From Chloroflexota bacterium (GTDB lineage: Bacteria > Chloroflexota > UBA11872): 64,000 nucleotides of DNA. The position numbers were made by a program, and so were the translations under genes. The stretch is taken from assembly GCA_965219705.1 (NCBI GenBank), contig OZ244789.1:2221627-2285626 (forward strand), given 5' to 3'. Below the pieces are notes generated by a model. The model was not told the DNA's origin. It ran no database searches and saw nothing but the letters and a program-made list of their open reading frames with translations. Shown here piece after piece: positions 1 through 8,607 of the stretch; position 1 is the stretch's first letter, and the number at the start of each line of letters is the position of its first letter.

Positions 1-290
1 CCGTAGTCGTGGGCGATGATCGGCATGGGATCGAGCTGATTGGCCTGATGCAGGGCGTGGTGCAGCAGCGTGGCGGCGTGCTCGATGTCCCCCGCAAAGC
101 TTTCGGGCGGGCTTTCGCCGAATCCCGGGAACTCCAGCATGAACGCTCGGTGCGTCTCCGGCAGTCCCTGGGTCAGCAGGTCCCATACAACCGCTCCGGG
201 TCCAAGCCCGTGCAAGAAGAGGATGGCCGATCCCCGCACGCCCTTCGTCGCCAAGTTGATGCGCTGTCCGCGCACGTCGAGCATCGGCAT
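1..290 (-). CDS. alpha/beta-hydrolase fold protein (epoxide hydrolase / haloalkane dehalogenase-like); 3' end runs off the window start
   Basis: Minus-strand translation gives MPMLDVRGQRINLATKGVRGSAILFLHGLGPGAVVWDLLTQGLPETHRAFMLEFPGFGESPPESFAGDIEHAATLLHHALHQANQLDPMPIIAHDYG. Motifs: HG-x-G N-terminal, PGFGES, and an HDYG(G) nucleophile elbow with Asp as in epoxide-hydrolase-type a/b hydrolases. Not in the supplied ORF track because there is no stop codon inside the window. Confidence 0.55.
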   Translation of the reverse strand, partial: MPMLDVRGQRINLATKGVRGSAILFLHGLGPGAVVWDLLTQGLPETHRAFMLEFPGFGESPPESFAGDIEHAATLLHHALHQANQLDPMPIIAHDY

Positions 291-453
291 CAGGTCCGCC
301 TGGGCGTTGGCGCGGCGCCGGGGCAACGCGGCATGGCTGTCGTTGGGGTGCCGGGCACAGCTGGTGACGACCGGGAGGCCGCCGGGCGCGCTCGTCTAGG
401 CGCGTGCGGGTCGCGGGGACGGCGAGGGGCGTTTCGCATGCGGGACTCCCGGC

Positions 454-780
454 TCAGGCCTCGGATGGCGTATCGGTGCCATTCCGAGCGTTGCGCAGCT
501 CCTCCTGCAGGCTGGCTGCATAACTGTCGATCGCGGCGCGCACGCGCTCGATTCGCACGACCGATGCCAGCACCCGCTGGCGCGCGGTCGTGTTGACCGC
601 GTCCTGCACGCGCTCCGTCGAGCGCGCGGTCCGGCGCAGTCCCTGCCTGATCTTTACGGTTGTCTCGATAATGGCGATGGACCCGACGAGACCGCCGACG
701 AACAGCGCCAAGAACACCAGGCAGCCCTGAATGACCAGGATGATGATCGCAATGTCGCGGGCGACGTCCCACCCGTCCAT
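454..780 (-). CDS. DUF948-like small membrane-anchored stress protein
   Basis: 108 aa. N-terminal TM helix (IAIIILVIQGCLVFLALFVGGLV) followed by a charged coiled region, the YtxG/DUF948 architecture. Paralog of 1029..1316. Confidence 0.55.
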   Translation of the reverse strand: MDGWDVARDIAIIILVIQGCLVFLALFVGGLVGSIAIIETTVKIRQGLRRTARSTERVQDAVNTTARQRVLASVVRIERVRAAIDSYAASLQEELRNARNGTDTPSEA

Positions 781-1025
781 CAGCGGCTTCGCCGGCGGCG
801 CTTGCGCGATCGGCCGCGGCGGCGCCGCGACTGCTCATGCCGCACCTTGGTGGTGTTTCCGGCGGTTTCGGCGGCGCGCTGTGCGGCCTCACGGGCTGTA
901 CGCAGCCGGGCGCCGACTTGCGCGACCAACTCGCTGCCCCGCTGCGGAGCGAACACCGTGCCAATCGCGCCGCCGACGATAAACCCAAGCGCGACGCCGA
1001 GCATGATCCAAGCCATATCCGGCAC
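780..1025 (-). CDS. YtxH-domain general stress protein
   Basis: 81 aa. N-terminal GVALGFIVGGAIGTVFAPQRGSE is the YtxH signature (glycine-zipper helix then APxxGxE), followed by an Arg/Lys-rich tail. ATGA-type overlap with the downstream DUF948 gene. Confidence 0.6.
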   Translation of the reverse strand: MPDMAWIMLGVALGFIVGGAIGTVFAPQRGSELVAQVGARLRTAREAAQRAAETAGNTTKVRHEQSRRRRGRSRKRRRRSR

Positions 1026-1028
1026 GGC

Positions 1029-1316
1029 CTAGCGCCAGCTCCCGCGCAGGAGGCTTAGCGCGCGGCGCGCGACTCGAACCCCGCGCGACGTCGTGCGCGA
1101 GCTTGCCGCGACGGTCTCCTGGACGGTCTCTGCCGTGGCACGAACGGTGTCGACGGTGTCGCGAGCCGAATCGATAATCGGGATGACCTCGGCGCGGATG
1201 GCGGCCAGCATGCGCCACAGCAGCAGCCCTGTCGTCACCAGCATCACCGCAGCCAGCAGGCCCACGGCCGCGAGCACCACGACGGCAACGTCTCGGACGA
1301 CTTCTAGCGATTCCAC
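1029..1316 (-). CDS. DUF948-like small membrane-anchored stress protein (second copy)
   Basis: 95 aa. Single N-terminal TM helix plus charged alpha-helical remainder, similar layout to 454..780. Confidence 0.5.
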   Translation of the reverse strand: MESLEVVRDVAVVVLAAVGLLAAVMLVTTGLLLWRMLAAIRAEVIPIIDSARDTVDTVRATAETVQETVAASSRTTSRGVRVARRALSLLRGSWR

Positions 1317-1331
1317 AATCCCGCCCTGCGG

Positions 1332-3749
1332 CTACGCGCGCTGGAAGCGCTCCCACATGCGCGCCGGTCGCACGATGCGTCGGATGAGTCGCTGCCGGGT
1401 GACCCGCCACGCTTCGTCAACGGCTCGCCTTTCTGCCCGCGTCACGCGGTGCTGACTATACGTGGCCCGCATGAACGCAACAGCCACCGTCTCGGGCGGA
1501 CTTGCCCCGTCAGAGCCTACCGCCTCGGCCGCGGGGAACAGCCACGCAGCCAGGCGCCGTGACACCTCATGCGGCGTCTCGGATGGGTTTGTATTGTAGC
1601 CAGCGCGGCGTGCGTATCTCACCATCCGCGCATAGACCCGCTGCACTCCCGTGCTCGGCTTCTGCAGGCGATCTCGGGCGAACGATGCGCCCACCGTGGC
1701 CACCACGATCAACGCCACCACGCCCAGCAAAAAGGCCACCCCGATCAGGACTCCCCTGAGGTTTTCGAGCACCTCGGCGAGACCGGTGGGCTCATCGGCG
1801 TCGAGCGGCGAAAACCCCCCAGCGGCGCCGCCGCCCATCAGCTCGAGGTCCTCGAGCAAGTCGTCGAATGCCGGTCCCAGTCCGCCGACGCCGCCGCCCT
1901 CGACGAGGTTGCCTTCGCCGGCACCATCCGTTCTGCGCTCCACCGCCAGTCGGAAGCCCGACGGCTCGAACGCCACCCAGCCATACCCCGGGAAGTAGAC
2001 CTCCACCCACGTATGGGCGTGGTCGGGGTTCACGAAATAGCGGTTGGTCGACTCGTCATAGTCGCCGACGACGAAGCCATTGACGAGCCGTGACGGCACG
2101 TCCAGCGCGCGCACCAGGACGGCCATCGTGGACGCAATCATCACGGCTGAGCCCCGCCGCGCTTCCGCAAGAAAGAAGTCGGTTGCGTCGCGATCGCCGG
2201 GGAGCGCCGGGGCGTCCACCGCAAACGGAAACCGCCGCATGAAGAACTCGATGGCGAGCACGCGATCGAACGCCGTGTCGCCGGCCTCGGCGAAGCGTTG
2301 CGCGAGGGCGAGCACTCGCGGCGGCATCTCTGGGAGTTCCAGATAGGGCGCGATCCAGGCGGGGTACTCCGTCGATGCCGCGCGGAGCTGTGCGACCGTG
2401 GCCCCGGCAAACGTCGAGTCGACCGAATACACCAAGCGCTGCCCCACGCGTCGTGTGGCGCGAATCGAGGCGTAGTCCTCAACCGGGGCTCCGGCATCGT
2501 CCACCTGCGCGAGATACCGGCGGTTCACGCGAATCACGTCGCCGGGCGAGTACAGCACCGAGGTAGTGAAGTCCAGCATCTCCACGTTGGTTCGCACCGG
2601 CACCCGTGCATCGAGATCAAACGTCTCCGCCAGGGGTGTGCTCGGATCGCGCTCGGCCAGCTGGCGGTAGGTGCTGCGCCACCCCTGCCCGGTATAGATA
2701 TCGAACGTCTGCCCCTTCCAATAGTTCGGGGACGTCGACTCGATGATCATGCTGCCCTGCGGCTGAAACGGTTGGGGCCCAGTCAGTCCCAGCGACTCTC
2801 GTCCGGCAAGGGCGGCCCCGGCGGGATTGGATACACCGCCGAACAGGCGCTGGATGCCGGTCTCCACGTTGCCCCAACCGTCGCCCAGATAGGTCCAAAA
2901 CGCTTCCGCAACAGGGTTGCCGGCCGCCCGAGGCAGCGCCACGGACAGCGCGACCACCAGCGCGATCACGCCCAGGGTCGACGCCAGCACGGTGTGGCCC
3001 AAACCGCTCGAGTACGCCGTGCCAGACGTGGCCCACTTGGACTCCAGCGAGGTCGTGCGGAGGTGCACGGTGAGCGCCAGGGCTGCCGACAGGAACACGA
3101 CGAACGACACCCAATCGGGACCGATGTAGGTGACGTTGATGCCCAGCGCCAGCATGCCGGGGGTCAGGGCCCACAGAGGGCTGCGATGTCGAAAGGCCAT
3201 CCATCCCGCGAAGAACCCCATGCCCCATGCGGCCATGGTCATCCAGAACAGGAACACCACGTTGTCGCGGCTGACTTGAAAGGCAAAGGCCGAGAGAAAC
3301 CAGCCTTCCAACCGGAAGTACAGATCCCGCAGCAGCTCCCAACTCTCGCCGGCCGCGGCATTGAGCGGCTGCTCGCCGCCGATGGCCCCGGACTGGCGAA
3401 TCTGGACCCACTCCACCGTTTCGCCGAAGAGGGCGGCAAAGTTTCGTACGCCGTCGATGGGCCCGGGGAACGCCTCGGACGCCACAAAATAGGCCACCGC
3501 CAGGTCGCTCACGACCCCAATGGCCACAATCCAGACTGAGGACATGCGGCGGGCTGACAGCCACCATGCCGCCAGCACGGCCAGAATCGCGACCGCGAAC
3601 AGCACCTGAGTGCCTGGCGCCCAACCGACGAAGTGAATGCTGGCAAGCGGCGCCAGCGTGGCGGCCAGCAGCAATGCAAACGTCAGCAACGAACCGACGG
3701 GCAGGCTCACGTAGCGAACCCGGCTGAGCGTCTGTGCGGCGGCGCTCAT
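1332..3749 (-). CDS. transglutaminase-like (TGc) domain membrane protein, DUF3488-TGc-DUF4129 type
   Basis: 805 aa. Multi-TM N-terminus. Core motif ...RRGSAVMIASTMAVLVRALDVPSRLVNGF...NPDHAHTWVEVYFPGYGWVAFEPSG matches the transglutaminase-like His and Asp/Glu core. 4-bp gap to the upstream DUF58 gene. Confidence 0.8.
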   Translation of the reverse strand: MSAAAQTLSRVRYVSLPVGSLLTFALLLAATLAPLASIHFVGWAPGTQVLFAVAILAVLAAWWLSARRMSSVWIVAIGVVSDLAVAYFVASEAFPGPIDGVRNFAALFGETVEWVQIRQSGAIGGEQPLNAAAGESWELLRDLYFRLEGWFLSAFAFQVSRDNVVFLFWMTMAAWGMGFFAGWMAFRHRSPLWALTPGMLALGINVTYIGPDWVSFVVFLSAALALTVHLRTTSLESKWATSGTAYSSGLGHTVLASTLGVIALVVALSVALPRAAGNPVAEAFWTYLGDGWGNVETGIQRLFGGVSNPAGAALAGRESLGLTGPQPFQPQGSMIIESTSPNYWKGQTFDIYTGQGWRSTYRQLAERDPSTPLAETFDLDARVPVRTNVEMLDFTTSVLYSPGDVIRVNRRYLAQVDDAGAPVEDYASIRATRRVGQRLVYSVDSTFAGATVAQLRAASTEYPAWIAPYLELPEMPPRVLALAQRFAEAGDTAFDRVLAIEFFMRRFPFAVDAPALPGDRDATDFFLAEARRGSAVMIASTMAVLVRALDVPSRLVNGFVVGDYDESTNRYFVNPDHAHTWVEVYFPGYGWVAFEPSGFRLAVERRTDGAGEGNLVEGGGVGGLGPAFDDLLEDLELMGGGAAGGFSPLDADEPTGLAEVLENLRGVLIGVAFLLGVVALIVVATVGASFARDRLQKPSTGVQRVYARMVRYARRAGYNTNPSETPHEVSRRLAAWLFPAAEAVGSDGASPPETVAVAFMRATYSQHRVTRAERRAVDEAWRVTRQRLIRRIVRPARMWERFQRA

Positions 3750-3753
3750 ACGG

Positions 3754-5037
3754 CTATTGGTACGCGAGCGGCGCGGTCCGATGCCGCTGCTGGTCCACCA
3801 CGGGGCCGCCGTGGCGGCTGGGCTGCACGGTCGTGAACGCCGCCCCCTGGGTCACGGTCGTATACGAAATGCCGGCTGTCTCGGCCCCCGCCTTGAGCCC
3901 CACGTTGGATGGCGCGTCAGCGAACGTCGCGGCGTCCACGCCGATCGCGAGCGGATACACGGCCCGCTGGGCGAGATGCGTCAGACTGTCGATCCAGGCT
4001 GGGTCCGCGGATGGGGAAATCGCGACCATGCTCACCCCGCGGCCCAAGATCGGGTTGGCGCTGGCGAGCACCTCGCCGAACGGTCGCGTGCCGCGCGCCT
4101 GCACAATGGCCAGCGATTCGAGGATGCGCCAAAGCTGCCGCAAACCCCGTTGCGGCTCGATGATGTATCGGCTGCCGCGTCCCTCCGCCAGGAAGCCGAC
4201 CGACTTTCCGTCGCGTACAAATTGGTATGCGAGCGACGAGACGATTTTCACGCCGTACTCTTCCGTGGATTCGTCGCCGTGGCCGGCCTGTACGGAGGCG
4301 TCGAGATCGAGCGCCACCCATAGGCTGGCCGTCGGCTCGAGATCGAACTCCTTGACGAGCAGCGTGTCGCGCCGCGCCGACGACGGCCAGTGAATGCGCT
4401 TGAGCGGATCGCCGGGCCGAAACTCGCGTAAGCCGCCCGCATCCGTCGTCACCTGCTGTGTGCGCAACGAGGATCGCGCCGCGCCCACCAGCGATCCCGC
4501 GGGCACGGCCACGTCTCGCATCACCGAGATTGGCGGGTACACCACGATCGAGTTTTCCTGCGCCAGCCGGCGCTCGGCCGAGAACAGGCCGAACGGGTCG
4601 CCGACGTAGACGTCCGCCGGCCCGAGCTTGTACATCCCGCGCCGTCCAGCTTCCCCGTGCGTGCGCCAGCGGCGCGACGCGCGGCTGCCCAGGCTGATGG
4701 CGATCGACGCGCGGTATCCGGGAAGCTCGGAATAGTCCTCGATCTCGAGCATCAGGATGGGCAGCCGGCTGCGGCTGTGCAGCGCGAACTCTTCCTCGAT
4801 CGTGTCGCCCACCGTGGCCCACTGGGTCCGGAGGTGGCGCTGGACGGTGAGTCCCCGCGAGGCCACCCGCGTCCATACGTAGGACACCACCACAATGCTG
4901 AGCAACGCGTACATCAACCAATACGCGATGGGTGATGTGGTCACCAGCGCCACAACGACCAGCAGTCCGAGCAGCACAATGATCACTGGTCGTTGCAGGG
5001 TGACCGCAGGTTTAGGCTGGCTGGCCGCGACCGACAC
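3754..5037 (-). CDS. DUF58 family protein (vWA-like; usual partner of MoxR ATPase and TGc proteins)
   Basis: 427 aa. N-terminal TM helices and the DUF58 hallmark REFRPGDPLKRIHWPSSARRDTLLVKEFD. Confidence 0.8.
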   Translation of the reverse strand: MSVAASQPKPAVTLQRPVIIVLLGLLVVVALVTTSPIAYWLMYALLSIVVVSYVWTRVASRGLTVQRHLRTQWATVGDTIEEEFALHSRSRLPILMLEIEDYSELPGYRASIAISLGSRASRRWRTHGEAGRRGMYKLGPADVYVGDPFGLFSAERRLAQENSIVVYPPISVMRDVAVPAGSLVGAARSSLRTQQVTTDAGGLREFRPGDPLKRIHWPSSARRDTLLVKEFDLEPTASLWVALDLDASVQAGHGDESTEEYGVKIVSSLAYQFVRDGKSVGFLAEGRGSRYIIEPQRGLRQLWRILESLAIVQARGTRPFGEVLASANPILGRGVSMVAISPSADPAWIDSLTHLAQRAVYPLAIGVDAATFADAPSNVGLKAGAETAGISYTTVTQGAAFTTVQPSRHGGPVVDQQRHRTAPLAYQ

Positions 5038-5268
5038 AGGGCCCTCCGCCGGACGTGCGATGCGAGCAACTACCGCCCGGTCACGAGGTGGACTCTAGCA
5101 TGCAACCCCGGCGCGGACTTGCAGGCCAGCGACGCGAACGTGCCTTCGGCGCCGGGCGTGCGGCGCGCCAGGTGGGCAACTGCGAGCCTCGATGACGACG
5201 GCTCGATCGCTCACGCTCCGGCCTCCACGATTCCGCGGGAGCGCCGCATCCCTGGGATAGACTCCAGT

Positions 5269-5356
5269 GGAGGGGTGCCCGAGTGGTTGAAGGGGACCGT
5301 CTCGAAAACGGTTTGGCGTGTTGAGCGCCACGTGGGTTCGAATCCCACCCTCTCCG
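5269..5356 (+). tRNA. tRNA-Ser (anticodon CGA)
   Basis: Cloverleaf: acceptor GGAGGGG/CCTCTCC, D-arm, anticodon stem ACCGT/ACGGT with loop CTCGAAA (U33, CGA, A37), long variable arm TTGGCGTGTTGAGCGCCAC, T-arm GTGGG-TTCGAAT-CCCAC, discriminator G. Confidence 0.85.
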
Positions 5357-5381
5357 CCGGGCCGCCGCGGATGACATCTCC

Positions 5382-6542
5382 ATGAACGCTCCCACCCCGT
5401 CTCTCCTGATTCGCGCCGGGCGTCTCGTGTGCCCGGCGACGGGTCTCGACGGTCCAGGCGCAGTGGCCGTCGCCGCCGATCGCATCGTCGGCGTAGGGCT
5501 TGACCGTCCCGGCGCGCCGGCGCCGGCGTCGCCGGCCGCTCGCGTGCTCGACGTTCCGCACGGCATCCTCCTGCCCGGCCTCATCGATCTCCATGCGCAT
5601 CCGGACCTTGGCGGCTCTCGCCACGCCGTGGAGCCCGATCGGCACCTGGTTGCCCGCGGCACCACCACCGCCATGTCGCAGGGCGACGCCGGTGCGGCGA
5701 ATTGGCGGGTGTATCGCGACTCCGTGATAGACGTTGTGCAGACACGCCTCAAGCTCGCGCTGCATCTGGCGATCCCTGGCGAGTGGGCGCCGCATCCGAG
5801 CTACTCCAAGCTCGACGAGCTTGACGTGGACGCCTGTGCGCGCGCCGTCCGCGAGGGCGGGGACCACATTTGGGGCATTGCCGTCACGACGAACTTCCGG
5901 GTCACGGGCGACCTCGATCCGCGCGAGATTCTGGCTCGCGGCATTGCGGCCGCGCAGGCCACGGGCCGACCCATCCTCTACGGCTCCCGCTACCACACCG
6001 ACTGGCCGCTCGAGGAGCAACTCGAGCTGTTGCGGCCGGGAGACCTGGTGACCTACTGCTACCACGACGGTCAGGACCGCATCGTGCGCGACGGACGGGT
6101 GCTCGACTGTGTCCATGAGGCGCGAGCCCGCGGCGTGCTGTTCGATATCGGGCACGGGATGAACTCGTTCATCTACGACATTGCCGAGGCCGCGCTCGCC
6201 GACGGCTTCCCGCCCGACACGATTTCGACAGACCTCCAGCGGCGGCATATCGGGGCGAGCCCGCCGCATGACCTCCCGCTCGTCATGTCCAAGCTGCGCG
6301 CGGCGGGTATGCCGGAGTCGGATATATGGCCGTGCGTGACGGCGCGGCCGGCGCAGGTCCTTGGTATGGCCGATGAAATTGGCTGCCTGGCGCCAGGGGC
6401 TTGCGCCGACCTCACCGTCCTCAATTGGGCGTCCGCACCCGAGTCGCTGACGGATGCGAAGGGCGTGACGCGCCCCGGCGGCCGGTGGCGCGTCCAGCTG
6501 GTCGTTCGCGCCGGCCAAGTCGTCGATACACCCGTGGCGTAG
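5382..6542 (+). CDS. metal-dependent amidohydrolase family protein
   Basis: 386 aa. LPGLIDLHAHPD metal-binding His-x-His motif near the N-terminus and a C-terminal ADLTVL...VVRAG motif typical of the amidohydrolase superfamily. The antisense ORF 5211..6518 is rejected. Confidence 0.75.
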   Translation: MNAPTPSLLIRAGRLVCPATGLDGPGAVAVAADRIVGVGLDRPGAPAPASPAARVLDVPHGILLPGLIDLHAHPDLGGSRHAVEPDRHLVARGTTTAMSQGDAGAANWRVYRDSVIDVVQTRLKLALHLAIPGEWAPHPSYSKLDELDVDACARAVREGGDHIWGIAVTTNFRVTGDLDPREILARGIAAAQATGRPILYGSRYHTDWPLEEQLELLRPGDLVTYCYHDGQDRIVRDGRVLDCVHEARARGVLFDIGHGMNSFIYDIAEAALADGFPPDTISTDLQRRHIGASPPHDLPLVMSKLRAAGMPESDIWPCVTARPAQVLGMADEIGCLAPGACADLTVLNWASAPESLTDAKGVTRPGGRWRVQLVVRAGQVVDTPVA

Positions 6543-6612
6543 GCCCGCGCCTTCGCGCGCCCCACGCGGCGCTGCTAGCCTCGAATGAACTTGGCGAACG
6601 AGGTCGAAGGCG

Positions 6613-7686
6613 ATGGCGCGGGTGCTCGTGGCGATGAGTGGCGGTGTGGACAGCTCCGTCGCCGCGGCGCTGCTTGCCCGCGAGGGTCACGACGTGATCG
6701 GCGTCACCTTCAACCAGTGGCCCGCGAGCCGCACCCAGCGCAACGCGCATAGCGGATGCTGCACGCCGCGAACCATCGATGACGCGCGGCACGTCTGCCA
6801 GATTCTGGGCGCGCCGCACTACGTGCTGAACTTCCGCGCCGAGTTCGAAGCGGCGGTGATTCAGCCCTGGGCCCGCGCCTATCTCCAGGGCGAGACGCCG
6901 AATCCCTGCATGCTGTGCAATGACCGCGTGCGGTTCCCCGAGATGCTGCGCAAGGCCGACGAGCTGGGCGCCGAGTTCGTGGCGACGGGCCACTACGCGC
7001 GCGTGGCGAACGGCGCTTCCTGGCGGCTGCTTCGCGCCCGTGATACGGCAAAGGACCAGTCGTATGTGCTGCATATGCTGCATCAGGACCAGCTGCGCCG
7101 TATTCGGCTGCCGCTGGGCAATTTGCTGAAGCGGGACGTGCGACGAATCGCCGCCGAGTTCGGCTTGCCCGTAGCCGACAAGCCCGACAGCCAAGAGATC
7201 TGCTTCGTTCCCGATGGTGACTACGCCGCCGTGGTGCGGCGCCAGGGCACCAGCGGCGAAGGCCCGATCGTCGAGGTCGATGGACGCGTGGTCGGCCGTC
7301 ACGACGGCATCGAGACCGTGACCATTGGCCAGCGGCGCGGCCTCGACTTGGGTGGGGGAGCCGCGCGCCGCTACGTCACCGCGATCGACGCCGAGCGGAA
7401 CACGCTGGTTGTCGGCCCGCGCGACGCGGCGTTTGTGGATACGATAATCGTGCGCGACGTGCGCTGGACGACTGGACCCGCGTCGACGCCGCCGGCGCGA
7501 GCCGAGGTGCAGACTCGCTCTCACGCCGCCGCGTCGCGAGCACGCCTCGAGCCGCTATCCGCGTCTATCTTGTCGGTCGTGTTTGACGAGCCGGCCTGGG
7601 CGCCGGCGGCGGGCCAAGCCGCGGTGTTCTACCGCGATGACGAGGTCCTTGGCGGCGGCGTGATCGACGGACCGGAGGAGAGCTGA
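6613..7686 (+). CDS. mnmA: tRNA-specific 2-thiouridylase MnmA
   Basis: 357 aa. PP-loop VAMSGGVDSSV, catalytic cysteines (NPCMLCN), HYAR...DQSY motifs, full-length collinear with MnmA. Confidence 0.9.
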   Translation: MARVLVAMSGGVDSSVAAALLAREGHDVIGVTFNQWPASRTQRNAHSGCCTPRTIDDARHVCQILGAPHYVLNFRAEFEAAVIQPWARAYLQGETPNPCMLCNDRVRFPEMLRKADELGAEFVATGHYARVANGASWRLLRARDTAKDQSYVLHMLHQDQLRRIRLPLGNLLKRDVRRIAAEFGLPVADKPDSQEICFVPDGDYAAVVRRQGTSGEGPIVEVDGRVVGRHDGIETVTIGQRRGLDLGGGAARRYVTAIDAERNTLVVGPRDAAFVDTIIVRDVRWTTGPASTPPARAEVQTRSHAAASRARLEPLSASILSVVFDEPAWAPAAGQAAVFYRDDEVLGGGVIDGPEES

Positions 7687-7967
7687 TGGCCGACGTCTAC
7701 TGTCCGCGGTGCTTCGAGCTGGTCGAGGATCTCCGCGTGTTCTGCGAGACCTGCGGCCAGTTCATCCACGAAAACGCGCCGGCCGATTCCCGCGAATGGG
7801 ATTCGCGACCGCCGGATGTATTCCAGGTGGCTCCCGTGGCGGCTGAAGCGCCCCTCGTCATCAACCTTCCAGACCAATACATGCCCGATGCCGAGCCCGA
7901 TGCCGAGCCCGATGCCGAGCCCGATCCGGCGCCTAACGAAGAAAGCGGTAGCGAAGCAGCGACCTGA
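7686..7967 (+). CDS. zinc-ribbon protein with acidic PDAE repeat tail (hypothetical)
   Basis: 93 aa. CPRC-x12-CETC zinc ribbon, then PDAEPDAEPDAEPDPAP low-complexity tail. Start overlaps the mnmA stop (ATGA), implying translational coupling. Confidence 0.45.
   Translation: MADVYCPRCFELVEDLRVFCETCGQFIHENAPADSREWDSRPPDVFQVAPVAAEAPLVINLPDQYMPDAEPDAEPDAEPDPAPNEESGSEAAT
7884..7931 (+). repeat. 12-bp tandem repeat (cccgatgccgag x3 plus a degenerate fourth unit)
   Basis: Direct reading of the sequence. Encodes the PDAE repeats of the zinc-ribbon ORF. Confidence 0.8.
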
Positions 7968-8607
7968 CGGCCGACGGACCGTCTATCCACCAGCGCAGCT
8001 TCTTCGCGGCCCGTGCGTGATACGCGATTGGGATCTGCACAATGCGTTCCCCGCGCTGCAGGAAACGGGCCGTGAGCTCGACCTCGATGTCGAACGAATT
8101 GGCGCTGAGCGCGACGCCGGACAGCACGTCGCGGCGCCACATCTTGTGGCAGGTCTCCATGTCGCGCACGGACGCGCCATAGAGCAGATTTGTGAGCAGT
8201 GTCAGGAAGCGATTTCCCGACCGGTAGAGCGGCGACTGCGTTCCCAGCTGACGGTAGCCGTAGACGACGCGGGTTTCGTCGCGCAGGATCGGCTGAATCA
8301 GCATCACGAAGTCCTGCGGGTCGTACTCCAGATCGCAGTCGTGGATGACCACCACGTTTCCGCGAGCCTCACGCAGACCCGAGCGCACGGCGGCGCCCTT
8401 TCCCCGATTTTCGGGATGATCGATGATCCGGATCCCGGGGATCGCGGCAGCCTTGATCGCCGTCGCCGTCGCGTCAGTTGAACTGTCGTTGACGACAATG
8501 ATCTCCAGATCGAGATCTACGGCCGCGACCCGCTGAAGCGCCTCGGTGATCGTCGGCGCCTCGTTAAACGCCGGCATGATCACGCTCAAGGTCACCGCAG
8601 CCGCCAC
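7933..8607 (-). CDS. family 2 glycosyltransferase (dolichyl/polyprenyl-phosphate sugar transferase-like)
   Basis: 224 aa. LSVIMPAFNEAPTI...VVNDSSTDAT...D-x-D (HDCDLEYD), a GT-A fold GT2. Confidence 0.8.
   Translation of the reverse strand: MAAAVTLSVIMPAFNEAPTITEALQRVAAVDLDLEIIVVNDSSTDATATAIKAAAIPGIRIIDHPENRGKGAAVRSGLREARGNVVVIHDCDLEYDPQDFVMLIQPILRDETRVVYGYRQLGTQSPLYRSGNRFLTLLTNLLYGASVRDMETCHKMWRRDVLSGVALSANSFDIEVELTARFLQRGERIVQIPIAYHARAAKKLRWWIDGPSAVRSLLRYRFLR

Noticed and set aside
290-1410. Track ORFs 290..988(-), 731..982(+), 889..1410(-) and others overlapping the DUF948/YtxH genes
   Set aside because: They are Arg/Ala/Pro-rich translations typical of off-frame high-GC DNA and conflict with motif-supported small stress proteins and the a/b-hydrolase gene.
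5038-5268. Expected MoxR AAA ATPase gene upstream of DUF58
   Set aside because: There is only 230 bp before the divergent tRNA-Ser, with no P-loop ORF; MoxR is absent from this locus.
5269-5356. Possibility that the tRNAs near selA are tRNA-Sec
   Set aside because: The anticodons are CGA and GGA, with 7-bp acceptor stems; both are ordinary tRNA-Ser.
5211-6518. 435-aa minus-strand ORF antisense to the amidohydrolase
   Set aside because: The plus-strand frame carries the LIDLHAH metal-binding motif; the antisense ORF has no motifs and is Arg-rich.
6421-7524. 367-aa minus-strand ORF antisense to mnmA
   Set aside because: mnmA on the plus strand is unambiguous from its PP-loop and Cys motifs.
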